Positions 51,239 through 64,000 of a DNA stretch of 64,000 bases are shown here, one piece after another (positions within the stretch are counted from its first letter, which is position 1; the number at the start of each line of letters is the position of its first letter). Made by a program: the position numbers and the translations under genes. A model generated the notes under the pieces. It was not told where the DNA came from. It was given only the letters and a program-made list of their open reading frames with translations, and ran no database searches. Origin of the DNA: Felis catus (taxonomy: Eukaryota); NCBI RefSeq assembly GCF_018350175.1, contig NC_058369.1, positions 13,952,001 to 14,016,000 on the forward strand. Reading direction: 5' to 3'.

Positions 51239-51550
51239 GCTGTGGCCATGGATGCCCTGTCTCTGGAGCAGCAGCTGCCCTACGCCTTCTTCACCCAGGC
51301 GGGCTCCCAGCAGCCACCACCGCCACAGCCACAGCCCCCTCCACCACCACCACCTGCGTCCCAGCAGCAGCCGCCCCCGCCACCCCCACAGGTGCCCGTC
51401 GGCCTCCCCCCAGGTGGCCCCCTGATGCCAAGCGCCAGCCTGACGCGGGGGCCCCAGCTGCCCCCGCTCGCGGTCACGGTACCGTCCTCTCTCCCCCAGT
51501 CCCCCCCAGAGAACCCGGGCCAGCCGCCAATGGGGATCGACATCACCTCG
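51239..51550 (+). CDS. CRTC1: CRTC1 exon 10 (312 nt), Pro/Gln-rich: [20 protein letters not shown]...PPMGIDITS
   Basis: tcccccag| and |gtaagc; lies inside ORF 50948-51841. Confidence 0.97.
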
Positions 51551-53719
51551 GTAAGCCTAAGATGGGATCGTGTGGGGCCTGGCTCGGGAGGGTGGGGGGG
51601 TGGCTCATGGATCCCAGGGGCTGTGGGAGACCCTCATTGGGCTCCCAAGACCCAAAGACTCAGGTGTGTCTGGCTGAAGCCTCCTCAAGGCTCCCCCTCA
51701 AGACCAGCTTGGCCAGGGGTCAGGGCTGAAGCAAGCACTGCCGGGCCAAGGTTGTCATCCCTTGTACCGATGGGGAAGCTGAGACACAAGCAGGGATCAT
51801 TTGTCCCAAACTTCACCCAAGATGGACTATACTGTGTCTGACTGCAAAGCCTCTCCCATACCCTTTGATGCCCAGTACTTCAACCCTTCCCATCCAAAAA
51901 CGGCTCCCTTGGAGGCAGGGAGGACACAGAACTCTCAGGGCCTGGGGAACAGACTGCTGGGACTTAGGAGGACAGAGTTGAACTTGGAGGAGAAGGGATG
52001 AATCCAGCCCTGTGGTTCATGCAGCACAGTGCCCTGGGCCAGAGACGTGCAATTTAGACCATGGGACTCCCTGCTTGGGGCCTGGGGTCCTACAGCTCAG
52101 ACCATGGGACCCTTTGCCTGGACCTGGGCTCAGGGTAATGGGTGCTTGATTTTGACCTCTGCACCCCCAAACCTTCTCGAGTGTTCAGACTTTCACCTTG
52201 GTTGCCCTGGTGGGGAGGGAGTGGTCTCGGCTATCTTTGACCATATTTAGAGCAGTGGGGACTACGTTTAGGGTACAGCAAGCCCTCTCCACTCAGCCCT
52301 TGGCTGCCAACCCCAAGATAAGTGTCATCAAAACATGATGTGCTCTGCAGAGACTAGGCCCCCTGAGCTGGGTGGGGTAGGTGAAGAGAGACCTGTTTCC
52401 AAGCTGCTCTGACCCCTCAGAGGGCAAACCCCAGGGGTCCCCCGGACAAGAATGCGCACAAGCCTTTTCTTTGTCAGAAACATGGCTGGTGTGGGGGCAG
52501 CTCTGATGGCAGAGCCTGCTTGGAGTACCTCATTCCCTGACGCCCTCCAGCGGTGATGCCTCACTTTTGAGCTGGGCAGACAACGGAGGCAGGGATGTCT
52601 GGGCCAGGTGCACAGATGTTACCCCTCCACCCCCAGGGCTCTCTGTTGCCTTGCGCCCCTTGGGGGCAAGGGCTCTGGTTGCCTCTTTCTTGAGTTCGTG
52701 CAGCCTCCAGTGAGCAAGGAGAACATCCCTCTGGACAGTTTCCTCTTTCCAACTCTGAGAAGGCCCGAACCGGTCATTGCCGAGTGACCGTGCTGGCGCC
52801 TCCCACACTGATACCTTGCCTATTGTACCCCGGTGCCCCTCCCAGGCTCAACCCCTATTCCAGACTACTCAGAACAGACCACTGAGGAAATGGAGGAGAC
52901 CGAGCATTTATGGGGCCCTGGGCTGGTCAGCCGGGCCTCAGTGAACAACAGGCCCAGAGAAGTCAGGGAGCTTGCCCAGAGGCACACAGCAGGTCCTGGG
53001 TGGACTGGGACCAGAGCAGGGGCTAAATCCAGGTCCTGCCCCAGCCCGTCCTGCCCCTGGTGAGAAGCTAAGGCCCTCTGTCCTTCAGGTGAGGAGGTGG
53101 CCGCCCCTGGGAGGTCTCTGGACAGCAAATGCATCAGGCTCGTCCCAAGCGGTGCCGGTGTAGTGACTGCCGGGTACCGGACGTCTTGCGGTGTGCCCCG
53201 CATGGCCTTGTTTGTCGGTCCCACCACCCCTCGAGGTGGGCAGGATGTGCTGTTGCCCAGAGTCGGCAGCAGAAGGCGGCGGCTGCCTGCCCGGCCCTGG
53301 GCCTTGTGTTGCCCACGTGCGTGTGGGTGTGTCTGTGTGTACACAGGTATGGCTGTGTGCACACGTGGGTATGTGGGTGCGGGTGTGTGTTCGTGTGGGT
53401 GCTCTGAAGCCTGCCAAGCTAAGGTGGACCCCTCCGCCCCCCCCACCACGGTCCTCCGGCGCGATTCCGTGAAGCTGGGTTCTCTGACCACGCCCCGCCC
53501 CCCCCCCCCCCAGCCTCCGGGAGCTGGGTTTGGAGACATGTGCCCGAAAGGCCCCGGGCTCCGACAGGGCTCAGGGACCCGCACCACTTGCAGGTGCTCC
53601 TGGTACCGTGCTCACCCGCTGGGCGGGGGGTCTTCGGGGGGATGCTCGGCGGGGAACGGCCAGTCCCAGGAAGCCAGGCCCGGGGCCCCTCGCGCGTCCT
53701 GACCTGTCTGTCGTCGCAG

Positions 53720-53824
53720 GCGCCGGCTCTGCAGCAGTACCGCACTAGTGCCGGCTCCCCGGCTAACCAGTCTCCCACCTCACCTGTCTCCAATCAAGGC
53801 TTCTCCCCCGGGAGCTCCCCGCAA
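53720..53824 (+). CDS. CRTC1: CRTC1 exon 11 (105 nt): [35 protein letters not shown]
   Basis: gtcgcag| and |gtaagg. Confidence 0.96.
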
Positions 53825-56800
53825 GTAAGGGACACCGCCTCCCCCCTCCCGGCACCCCGCGCCCCAGCGTTGCTTCGCGCCCCCTCCCCCCCCGCGTCCC
53901 CCACCATCTGTGCCTCGCTCCATCCCATCTCGTCCACTCCGCTGGGGCGGGGAGGAGAAGGCGCCGCCCCACCAGGCCCGGCTCAGGAGCTGCCACGTTC
54001 CCGCCGTGTCTTTGTGGCCGGTGCGGAGCCCGAGCTGGAGGCGGTGGGCTCCTCGCCTGCCTTCGTGACCTCGGAGTTGGCCACACCCCCAGGCTTCTTG
54101 CCAGGGTCACCCCGGGGTCCCACAGCCTGTGCACACATCCCCACGCGGGCCTGCCCACCCGAGGCTCCCCAGAGTGGAGGAGGGCTCCACCTGCTCTGGG
54201 GCACAGCTGAGGCGGTGGCCGGCCTGTGACTGGGGCTCTGACTCCTCAGACTCTTCTCCCTCTGCCTCACAGAAGGGTGTGTCCTCACAGGAAGCTTCTC
54301 TGAGTGGGGTCCATGTCCCCATCTCACAGATGAGGAGACTGCGGCTTGCCCCAGGCAACAGGCGGGACTCGACCACATCCATCAGATTTGGGTTTTTTCC
54401 CCAACGCGGTTGGACCCCAACCTGTGACACACATACATGCAACATACCCCCATCTGGGTTCCTCAGGAGTCCCCTTAGCACAGCTCTCAGCTTATAACCA
54501 AATTCTGTCTGCAACATTCCACCAGAGAAGAGGTGCCCACAGAGCTGACATCAGGGCCCGAAATTTCCAGGCTGTAGAGCCTCCTCAGGACCCCGCCACG
54601 CCGTCCCCAAAATGTCACCAAGCTGAGAAGCTCCTAGGAGCCTCTTAGCAGTGCCCGAGGCCCTGAAGCCTCATTTTTGGTCCAGGGCACAAAAGAGAAA
54701 GGATTTTCCTCCCCTCCTAAAGAAGGAGAAGAGCTGTCTCACCAGGCAGGACCATGCGAGAACAGTGTTGAGTTCCCTGGTCCGGGGGACGTGTGGCCCG
54801 CTGTCCCCATTTCCCCAGCTCTCAGAAGTACGCCCACATGGGGCCCTGTGTGTTGAGATGGCAGGTGTCCTGTTCAGGAAAGGCTGTTCTCATGGTTCCA
54901 TCTGCTGTAGGAGGAGCTCTCCTAGGATCCTTCCTCCGCCACCCAACAGTGGCCTGGGTCCTGCTGGGACCATCTGTGTGCAGCTTCCTGCTCCATAGGC
55001 AGGTGGGGAGGGCATCAGTGAGCTCAGGGCAGGCCACAGGTCAGTTTGGTATCTGTGGGCTCTGGATACATCGACACCGGTTCTGAGCCCTGGTGGCTCC
55101 CGAGAAGTGTCTAGTCTGGTCACGTGGCGTCATGGGATGCCGAGGGAGGGGAGAAGCTGGTCCAGGCAGGGGAAATGGCGAGTGGGGCCTATTCCTGAGG
55201 CTGGTCCTTGAATAATGTCTCTTTTTGTACAGGAGGCAGGAGAGGAATTCGGGGGTGGAGCAGATTTCTCAGTAGAGATTTGCCTAGACCGAGGCGGGTT
55301 GGTCCATCCTCGGCAGAAAGCGTGTTGCCGTCTTGTGAAGCCCGTGTCTGTGTGTTGGTCTGTCCATCCATCCGCTGGGTGCTGGCAAGGGAGGTGGGCC
55401 GCTCAAGTGGCTGTGAGGTCAGGGCTGTCACGTTACCTGGACCGAGCCAGACATGGGCCTGACATGGCCAAGAGGCCCACTAGGGGGCAGACCATGCTGG
55501 GTGGGCGGCGCCAGGCCTGGCTTCATGCTGCACCTGGATCCCTAGGTTGCACTCAGTGGCCCCATGGGCCGGGGCCTCCCCTCACCTCCCCGGCCTCGAG
55601 TGGACATTGTGTCTGTCTGGCTGCACCTCGGGCCTTAGGCAGCTGGCCTTTGGTACTGTGTGCTGTGCTCCTCCCTTCCATCCTGAGCAGACCTTTCTGG
55701 CAAACTCTGATGGCAGCCTCACAAACGAAACCTTAGCCTGGGTCCCCTGCTTGTGTTGGGCCTCTTTGAGTCCAAAGCCACGGGGATGGAAACAGGTACC
55801 CCAGAAGAGACCTGCTGCTTCTTCTATGGGGAAACCCATCCACAACCTCGCAGCCCCCTTTTCCAAACCTGAAGCTGGCTATATTTAGGGCAAAGGTGGC
55901 ATTTTTGCCACATTGGCCGTTTTTCTTTCTGCTCTCAGCCCACTGACCAAGGAGGAAACAGACTTGTGTCCGGGCTGGGGATCTGTTTCCTGCGGCCTGG
56001 TGCCTCATGTGAGGTCTGGCCACGATGCACTGGCTGTCCCTCCTCCCGTCCATGTCCCACCGGTCTCCATCCTGCTCTCTCTGGCATCATAGGAATAAGC
56101 AGGGGCTCCAAGCTCTTGTTTCTGGTATCTCTTTTGCCTCTGAGGGTCCCCAGTCCCCTGCTCTTCTGCTGGGAGCAGACCTGTCTCCCGGCTAGCCGTG
56201 GAAGAATGGGAGTTGGGCTGCCTGCCCACCCCTGGGTCCTCGGGTCCCCCAGGCAGGCAGCCATGGACAGATAGGTAGACGGGGCTTTCTGTGTGCCTGT
56301 CTTATGTTCGCTTGGCCAGCATCTGGCTCTGTGCGCCTGTCCTGTCCATATGTATGGCCTGCTACCATGTCCCATGTCTCCCTGGGGGCCTGACACGGTT
56401 CGCCAAGTACGCTTCTCATCCTGAAATTCAGAGCACCTACTGCCTTGGCCCCGGTCACATATTTTACTCTGGAACCCTTCAGGCGGGGTTCCCAATCCCT
56501 GTGGCCCCCCCGTCTTCCATCTGATGGAAACCAGGTCACCCATTCCTGGGTTCAAGTAGAGGAGATGGGGGATGGCTCTTTGGGGGCTATTGGGGTACTG
56601 AGGCCCCCCAGGAGCAGGTGGCGGAAAGAAACATCCTGAGATCGGGGAGCACCTTGCTCAGAGTGAGCCAGGCACCCCTCCATCCTGGAAGTTGTGGGCT
56701 TTCCCAAGAGGCCTGAGGTAGATGCTCAGCCTTCTTTATCGTGAGCATCCTCCGGGAAGTTCCAGGGGCCTCCCTGTGGGCACAACCAGCCTGAGCCCCA

Positions 56801-56860
56801 GCAAGCCCCCGACCTGGTCTTGGGGACCGTGATGACAGCAGGCCTCTCTTCTGTCTGCAG

Positions 56861-56947
56861 CACTCCTCCACCTTGGGCAGCGTGTTTGGGGACTCGTACT
56901 ATGAGCAGCAGATGGCGGCCAGGCAGGCCAATGCTCTGTCCCACCAG
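56861..56947 (+). CDS. CRTC1: CRTC1 exon 12 (87 nt): [29 protein letters not shown]
   Basis: tctgcag| and |gtgagc. Confidence 0.96.
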
Positions 56948-57570
56948 GTGAGCGGGTGCCCGGGTCACAGCGCCCACAGCTTACCCGGACGCTTACCCGG
57001 ACCCCGCCCGCCCCTCGGGCGTGAGCTTCGCTCTTAAGGCTCCCTCCTGTCTCCAGGCCTTGGAAGGGGTGGCTTGGCTTTGCCTCCCCAGGCATCTGTG
57101 CCTGGCCCACAGAATGAGGCCAACAGCAGAGGGGGGAGGAAGGGTGGGCGGTGAACACTGGCAGGGACAGGCAGTGGCTGTAGCATCGGTGCCTCAGCGT
57201 GGGCCGTGCATGTGGGTTTGCCGGGAGGTAGAGCTGGCTCCGCGTGGAGGCCAGGGTCTGGGGCGTGTGGGCATGAGAAGGGTTGGCCGCTTCCTGGAGC
57301 AGGTCACGCACCCGTCCCTCCTTCCATCCATCCATCCATCCATCCAGTGAGCCCTGAGGGGGCCGTGTGCAGGCAGGCCTCGGCAGGTGCAGAGAGGGCG
57401 GAGGGGGAGACCCTGGGCATAGAATCTCATGCTCAGCATCCCCGAGTGTCTGAGCGTGGGTGCTGGGCGTCTTGCAGAGGAGGTGGTCCCGGCTGCCACA
57501 GGGCAGGCCAGCCGGCAATAGCCAGGGGCTCAGCAGGGCCGGCCTCACGCCTGTGTGCTTCCCCTGGCAG

Positions 57571-57751
57571 CTGGAGCAGTTCAACATGATGGAGAACGCC
57601 ATCAGCTCCAGCAGCCTGTACAGCCCGGGCTCGACGCTCAACTACTCGCAGGCGGCCATGATGGGCCTCACGGGCAGCCACGGGAGCCTGCCAGACACAC
57701 AGCAGCTTGGCTACCCCAGCCATAGCAGCATCCCCAACATCATCCTCACAG
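57571..57751 (+). CDS. CRTC1: CRTC1 exon 13 (181 nt): [60 protein letters not shown]
   Basis: ctggcag| and |gtgagg; ends in the PxIxIT-like motif PNIILT. Confidence 0.97.
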
Positions 57752-58787
57752 GTGAGGCCACGTGTGTGGCATCCCGGGCGGGGATCTTGGGCAGAGTGGG
57801 GGGCCCGGCAGCTGCGAGAGGCCTCATCCCCGGGAGAGACGGCGCCCCCGCCCTGCACGATGAGTCGTGACAGGACTGGGCCAAAGGAGGCCAGACCCCA
57901 CCAACTTTGACTCGTTGCCGGGTTGTGGGACAGGCCAGGGGGACACACGCCGGACCCTGAACCAGGCTTCCAGTGTCCCATGCTCAGAGCAAGAACAGGA
58001 CAGAGCCACTCACTCACCCGGCCCCGCATCTGCTCCCCAGGTCCCTGAACCCCATTAGCTGAGAATAGTGGGATTGCAGGTGACTAGGGGGTGGGCCCTG
58101 CACGGCAGGGCTTGTCACATGCAGCCAACATACATGCGGCAGGCCACACAGCAATGAGCATCCCAACGAGCACAGTGCCCAGGCTCCTAGGGACATGCAT
58201 AGCACACGTGAGTAAGTCCCTGCTCCACGTGGCATAGAACCCAGACCCTTTGCTGCCTCTGCTCCACCCTGTAGATTGTGGGTTTTATTGAAGAAAGAAG
58301 CAATTTCCTTATAAGCCAGGACTGTCTCAGGATTGAGGGTGACACCCCCTGGTGGTCCCACTGACATCTCCAGGACGGAGAAGTCCGTGGCCAGGACCCC
58401 TAGAGGCCTAGTGCTTCCTCCCTACCCCAGGGGTGTGAGCAGTGGTCTGCAGGAGATGCTCTGGGGGTGGAAGCTTCAGACTCGAAAGAAGGATCAGGTT
58501 CCTGTGATGGCCACAACAGCCCAGAAGGACTTTTATACCCCTGTCTCAGACTGGGAAACTAAGGCCTAAGGTCTCATTGCAAGTAGAGGAGAGAGCCTAG
58601 GTTTGAATCCGGGTCTCTCTGGGGAGAACTCAGACATCCCCCCAACCCACAGGGAGGGTCCCTGATGCACACGTGCACACACACCCCGGTTTGCTTCTCT
58701 GTGGCGTACATGGAGGAGACCTCCTGGCAGAGCAGGAAAGGCCCCTGCTCCTGCCAGGTCACACTAAACATTTGACCTGGCTCTTAG

Positions 58788-58975
58788 CTCAGGGCTTCCC
58801 AGCCTTGGCACTGCTGATAACGAGGGGCTAGATCTTTCTCTGGGGTGGTGGGACCATCCTGTGCTGAGCAGCATCCCTGGGCTCCACCCACCTGATGCCA
58901 GTAGCATTCCCTCTTCTCTAGTCATGACAAGTAAAAATGTCCCTAGACGTTGCCAGTGTCCCCTAGAGGGCAACC
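58788..58975 (+). mobile_element. MER20 (hAT-Charlie) DNA transposon relic
   Basis: CCTTGGCACTGCTGA...AGCAGCATCCCTGGGCTCCACCCACCTGATGCCAGTAGCA...AAAAATGTCCCTAGACGTTGCCAGTGTCCCCT. Confidence 0.8.
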
Positions 58976-59129
58976 CCCCACGTAAGCACCCCTGGTGTGG
59001 CCCAAGCCCCTCTTCCCTGAGCATTGACAGGGGCCGCGGAGGCACAGGGCGTGGGGTCAGAGAGCCAGGGCCACGCTGAGACTTGTTTGTCCTGTGTCCC
59101 CCCCACTCCCCCCCCACCCCCGGCTCCAG

Positions 59130-59341
59130 TGACGGGAGAGTCCCCTCCCAGCCTCTCTAAAGAACTGACCAGCACACTGGCCGGGGTCGGTGATGTCAGC
59201 TTCGACTCGGACAACCAGTTCCCCCTGGACGAACTCAAGATTGACCCCCTGACCCTGGATGGACTGCACATGCTCAACGACCCCGACATGGTCCTGGCCG
59301 ACCCGGCCACCGAGGACACCTTCCGGATGGACCGTCTGTGA
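59130..59341 (+). CDS. CRTC1: CRTC1 exon 14 coding part, acidic transactivation domain: (V)[12 protein letters not shown]...[13 protein letters not shown]
   Basis: gctccag| acceptor; TGA at 59339-59341; canonical CRTC C-terminus. Confidence 0.98.
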
Positions 59342-59845
59342 GCTGCACACCCGGCACATCGCCGCCCAGCCCCCGGCTCCATCACCCCGCCGGTCAGTGG
59401 TCCCGACGGCGTCTCCCTGAGCCCAGGGACGGCCGCGCTCCGTCCTTCGCAAACGGCCGAGCTTGTGATTCTGAGCTTGCAATGCCGCCAAGCGCCCCCT
59501 GCCCACCCGCCCGCCCCCCAGCTGTCCACCTCCCTTGGGAGGCCGCGTGTCACCCCCGCGGAGCCTCCCTGCGCGTGCTCTCTCGCCCCCCACCCTGGGC
59601 CATGAGCCGTCCCCCTGTAAAATGCGGAAAGCGTGTTGGGGAGGGCCGCCGGCCTGGAGGGGGCGCTGTGGTCCACGGCGGCGGTGGGCTGAGGTGCATT
59701 TTCCGACTGTTGTCCAGCTCTCACTGCCTTCCTTCGTTCCTGGTCCCCTGACCTGCCCGCCACCCCCAGCCCGAGGTTAGGTAGAGAGCCAGCCCCACCC
59801 TGCCAAGGGGAGAAGGCACCAGAGAGAGGGGCAGACACAAAGCGA

Positions 59846-59851
59846 AATAAA
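59846..59851 (+). terminator. Proximal polyadenylation signal AATAAA
   Basis: AATAAA about 500 nt after the stop, followed by T-rich sequence (gtcttttatatttctg). Confidence 0.6.
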
Positions 59852-61331
59852 CACTATTTTGACTGCTGTCTTTTATATTTCTGAGCACATTCAGAGAATG
59901 CTAGAATCCATCCCATGGAGGTAGAATATAAAAGGTGTGAACAGAGCATGCAAAGCAGCTAAATCTTCCTGGGGCCCTTGCTCCCGCTTTGCCCACCCCC
60001 AGCCAGGTCCCTCTGTGGCCGCCTTTGCCCTGAAAGTGAAGCCCCCGGCCAGGACGAAAGGGCCTTCCAGGGGATGCATGTGGAGGCAGGGGTTGTTTCT
60101 GGGGGTTGTTTTCATCTCTCAACCTGTTTTCATCTTTTCTTCTCTGTACCTTGGTCACTGTCACTGTTATTTAAAGAATGGGGTGGGGAGGGGGCGGCCA
60201 GGGCATTTTTTGTTGTGTTATTGTTTGTTTGTTTCTTTTGGTTTGTATTTACACTTTGGTTGTAGACAAGTAGCTGACTCTTTTGATCCAATACTTGCCT
60301 GAGAGCATGTTTTTATTCCAGAAATCCCATGTTATATATTTTTTAAGCTAACTGGAAGCAGTCTGCTGCCTGCCCGGATCTGAGCTGTGTCTCTGGCCGT
60401 TTTAGCTAAGGCCCACATTATCTCAAAACGGAAGGGCTGAGTGAGGGCGGATTGGGCCTGGTAGGCTCTCTGGCAGAAGCTTGAGGTGGCTAGAGGTGCC
60501 TCCGCTCCAGCCACGTGAGAGGCAGAATTCCAGGAGGGAGCCACGGCTTTTATTAAGGGTCTCTCCGAGACCCAGCTCTGCCTGGCCATCCTCAAGGTGC
60601 CCGCTGGTCTTCAGGGAGGACTAGTCCCAGACCCCGAGACTGGTGGCAACTGCAGCCCCTCTGTCCTGACATCCCCAAGATGAGGCTGTCCTCTTGCCCC
60701 CCACCCCGAGAGCCAGCTGACATTCGTCCCCTTCAGCTACCCCTTTCATGGTTCCTCCCGGCAGGGCTGGATTCGGGGGGCAAAGAGCAGTGTTGTCGTA
60801 GCGGGAGGTTTCCAGGTGCCTCTTGAAGTGCCTCCGGAGGCCGTGGTGACCATCAGGGCTCGGCCACCGTGCCGGGGGCTGTCCCTGTACCCTCCAGGCC
60901 CCGGGAGGGGTGACGGGGCTGTCTTTGTTTTCCGTCAGCTGCTCTGAAATAGGAACTTCTGTTGCAGTCCCTCCGAAGCCGCATCCTGAGCTCTTGCTGG
61001 CTCCTTGGCCTGCAGGCCGGGCCCGCACCTTCTGCTCGGTGTGATTCTTCTCTGTGGCGTCGCAGCCACTGCCTCTGGGTCTCAAGAGCCCTCGCCTCTG
61101 TCCGTGGGAGCCAGATTTGATCTAATGACATCCATCTCTCTTGTTCCTGGGCCGGGCTGTTAGCACGTGGCCAAGTGACTGGGCTGCCACAGGTGTAAGA
61201 AGGCCCCCTCCTCAGTCGTTTGGCCCCTGATACCCTCGTCTGGGCTAAGGGACACGGGGTTAGTCCGGGGTTAGTCTGTCCAGGTCAAGGGCCCAGCCTC
61301 TTACTGAGGTAGGGGCTGGGAGCAAAGAGTG

Positions 61332-61335
<4 letters not shown>

Positions 61336-61366
<31 letters not shown>
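61336..61366 (+). repeat. Poly-T run (31 nt) in the 3' UTR
   Basis: Uninterrupted T homopolymer. Confidence 0.9.
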
Positions 61367-61370
<4 letters not shown>

Positions 61371-61440
61371 AAACTACATGTACATAGAAGAGTTTGATTA
61401 CCATTAGACTTGTATGTAGAACTTTTTAAAAAATGGCCTT

Positions 61441-61446
61441 AATAAA
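61441..61446 (+). terminator. Second candidate polyadenylation signal AATAAA
   Basis: AATAAA in an AT-rich block with upstream TGTA motifs. Confidence 0.45.
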
Positions 61447-64000
61447 ATTATAAACCTTCCTGGATGCAATTTTCAAACAAGGCATCGTGGACCCCATGTG
61501 GGAGCCTCGTCAGCCCGTATTTCCTGTCTGCCCGGCACCCAGTTCTCAGTGCAGATGGGCAGGAGAGGGAGGGTGTCCACCCCTGCAGCCTGTTTCCAGC
61601 ATCCTCTTGGCCAGGGGCACAGGCGACATTGTATTTACATGGCCACTTCGGCTCATGAGGGGCATAGGTGCAGTTTTCCCAGGGAGGGGGTCCCAGCCAG
61701 GAGCCAGTGGCCAGGCATCCCTGTGTCCTCAAAGGGTTAATACCCCGGCCTGGGCCTGGGCAGGCCTCCTGAGGTCTGCAACAGGGGATTTTGTTTATTT
61801 CTTAAATATTGCTTCTCTACTAAATATTCTTGAATTGCCAAGACTTCCTGAAACAGGACAGCCTAAGGGAACCAGCCCTTTAACTTGTGATGTGAAAATA
61901 CTGTGATTTCAGGCGAGCTGCGCCGTGAGGGGTGGGCCGGGGCCCCTGAATATTGTATATAGACCCCGCCGCCTATGTCCTCGCTCGCTCGTTCTGGACA
62001 GGCCTGGATGCTCAGCCCACATGAAGTCAGAGGCTAGGCCTGTCTGTCCCCCCACTGCTGCCCCCTGAGTGCTCCTGATTTCAGTCCCCTACAGCTGTGC
62101 GAATTTCTGCCCCAGGAACACAAACCGAACAGTGTGTTCCCACCTGCCTCAGTTTACCCTCTGTCCTCCAAGCCCCCAGGGCAATGAGTTTATTACCCCC
62201 ACAGAGGCTTGTGGGCCAAAGTAGAGCCCGGGATCAGCCCCTCTCTGTGTCCTTCAGAGAAGAGGGTTTATGCCACCACCCATCACAGTCACCCCCCACA
62301 CACAGTGTCCAGGGCTGATGTGGGGGAGGAGAAGGGGTCTTGTCGGGATCGTGTTCCCTGTCACAGGTACCCATGCCAACCTCCTTCCCCACTATGTCCT
62401 TACCAGGGAGAAAACAGGCAGCACTCTTCGGGGGCATCCCGCATTCCCCCCACCCCCACCCCCACCATTCTCCTCACATGCCCTGCTTCCTTCTGACATA
62501 CTTCTGGGCAGGAAGCGGTGGGGGTGGGCTGGGGCGGCCCCTTGGGGCAAGAGGCCCTGAAACCCTCAGTGGAAAGCTCAGGGGGCAAGTTGACCCTTTA
62601 GCAAAATTTAGGGGCCACAGCTGACAGTATCCAAAAACTGTCTACACTCTCCTGTGGGGGATAAGCCAGAGAAGGAGCCCTAATTGTGGTGGGTCCAGTC
62701 CCCCCTGCCATTGCTGTCCATAGGACTCCCTGGGACTAGCAAGGCCTAAGGGGAGGGCAGCCGTGTGTGTTTGGGGCCTTTCCCCAGCAGCACCTCCACC
62801 CAGACCTCCCTGCTGGCTTCTGAGCCACCTGCCTGCCCCAAGGGTGTGCACTGAGCGCAGGGGTCCCGAGACACTCAGGCTGGCCTTTGCAGCCTCTTTC
62901 TGCTCTTGTCTACTTGTGGGTTTGGGGGGGCTGGGAAAGGAGGGTTCTGATGTCTGTGTGTTTGGCATGATTTCTTTGGGCGGCTGAGCTCCCCGGAGGA
63001 TGCCTAGCCGAGTGGGCCCTGTGGTGAGGCCCGTGTGTCATAGTGGGGCAGATGAGAATGGACCTCGAACACTCTGAGACCCCACACGGAGGGTGAGAGG
63101 CTCTGTGTCCATCCGTGTGTCCAGCGGTGGGTGTCCAGTTTTTGAGCCGTATGCCAAGTGCTAGCTGTGGCCCGGTCAGGATGGGAGCAGGCGCCGGGTC
63201 TTTGGGGGGCTGAGCGGGGCTCAAGCAGTAGAGACTGCCTTCCCCACCGTCCAGCATCCTGGGCCCAATGAGCCCCCATGAGGGACTATCCTTAGAGGGG
63301 CCCCCAGGGCAGCCGAGGACACATGGGAACGCGCCCCCTCCCCAGACCTCCACATCTCAGCCGACCCTGAGCTGGTTCATGACCAAGCATCCTTCCAAAC
63401 TCCCAGCCCCATCTGGATTCTGGGTTTTCTGCATTTCCAAAGAAAGCATCCCCACTCCTAGGTACAGTCTGGGTGTGGTAAGGCCTGGCGGTTATTGGGG
63501 AGCCCTCCACTCCCCACCCCCAGTCCTGACAAAGCAGCACCTGCACCCACCACCCTCACTGGGTTCTGATGGACCTGTAGGTAGAGGCCACAGAGGCTCT
63601 CGTTGTGGGGGTAGGGTAGGGGGGCCACAAGGTCAAGGGTATCCGGTGCCCCTGGTCTTGACCCATCACCCCTGCAGGTGATGCTCCAGGAGAGGGAGCT
63701 GTGGCCCCCTGAGCCCTTCCCACTTGGCTTGCAGAACTGTGGGGAGGACTGTGTGCCTCCCCCCACTGCTGGAGGCCTGCCCGGGGTGAGTGGGCAGCTA
63801 GGTCTGTTTCTGCTCCCGTTCTCCTTGGAACCTGTGCCTCCACCTTCTGGGGGTCTCACAGTGTGTGACTAGGGGTTCCTGGTACACTCCTCCATCAGGC
63901 CCTGCCCTACCATCTCAGCCTGAGCTGACTCTCCTTGGTTTCTCTTGGCCTTTGGCCTCCAAGGTTCCTGGTTGGGTGGGGCTCAGTGCCCTTTCATAAC

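Larger units (their letters stand above)
59342..64000 (+). other. CRTC1: CRTC1 3' UTR (long form probably extends to or beyond the window end)
   Basis: Follows the stop codon and has no recognisable interspersed repeats over 4.6 kb, unlike the introns. The distal extent is inferred from the recalled multi-kb human UTR. Confidence 0.65.

Noticed and set aside
50948..51841. 297-aa ORF as a standalone gene
   Set aside because: Only 51239-51550 is CRTC1 exon 10; the rest is open intronic flank beyond clear splice sites.
56979..57002. 12-bp tandem duplication GCTTACCCGGAC x2 (similar 11-bp duplication at 61255-61276)
   Set aside because: Ordinary slippage micro-duplications with no array structure or evident function.
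56736..59838. Antisense ORFs of 301 aa and 291 aa overlapping exons 12-14
   Set aside because: Shadow frames of GC-rich coding exons.
63000..64000. Last exon of the neighbouring gene COMP, expected tail-to-tail from human synteny
   Set aside because: No COMP coding sequence recognised in the window; it probably lies further downstream.
1..64000. CRISPR arrays, operons or other prokaryotic systems
   Set aside because: The sequence is clearly mammalian, with spliceosomal introns and SINE/LINE repeats, and shows no regularly spaced direct repeats.

Overview
Mammalian, GC-rich genomic DNA. The tRNA-derived Can-SINEs look felid, but the species cannot be determined. The window holds most of CRTC1 (CREB-regulated transcription coactivator 1, TORC1) on the + strand. 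Positions 1-30419 are the 3' part of the large intron 1, with exon 1 and the promoter upstream of the window. Then come 13 constitutive coding exons (exons 2-14, 1791 nt including the TGA at 59339-59341, in frame across every junction), a 48-nt cassette exon, and a long 3' UTR running towards the window end. The most unusual signals are four: (1) a minor-spliceosome (U12-type) intron with apparently non-canonical AT-AA termini (33447-34449); (2) a chimeric retro-insertion made of full-length U6, an L1 3' fragment, about 320 bp of foreign AT-rich DNA, an A-tail and a target-site duplication (38697-39218); (3) a 5'-truncated BTF3 retrocopy antisense in intron 1; (4) multi-level nested transposons. 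Gene and repeat identities come from recall of known sequences, not from database searches. Repeat boundaries are approximate unless a TSD or TIR is quoted. Nearly all entries in the supplied ORF track are spurious.
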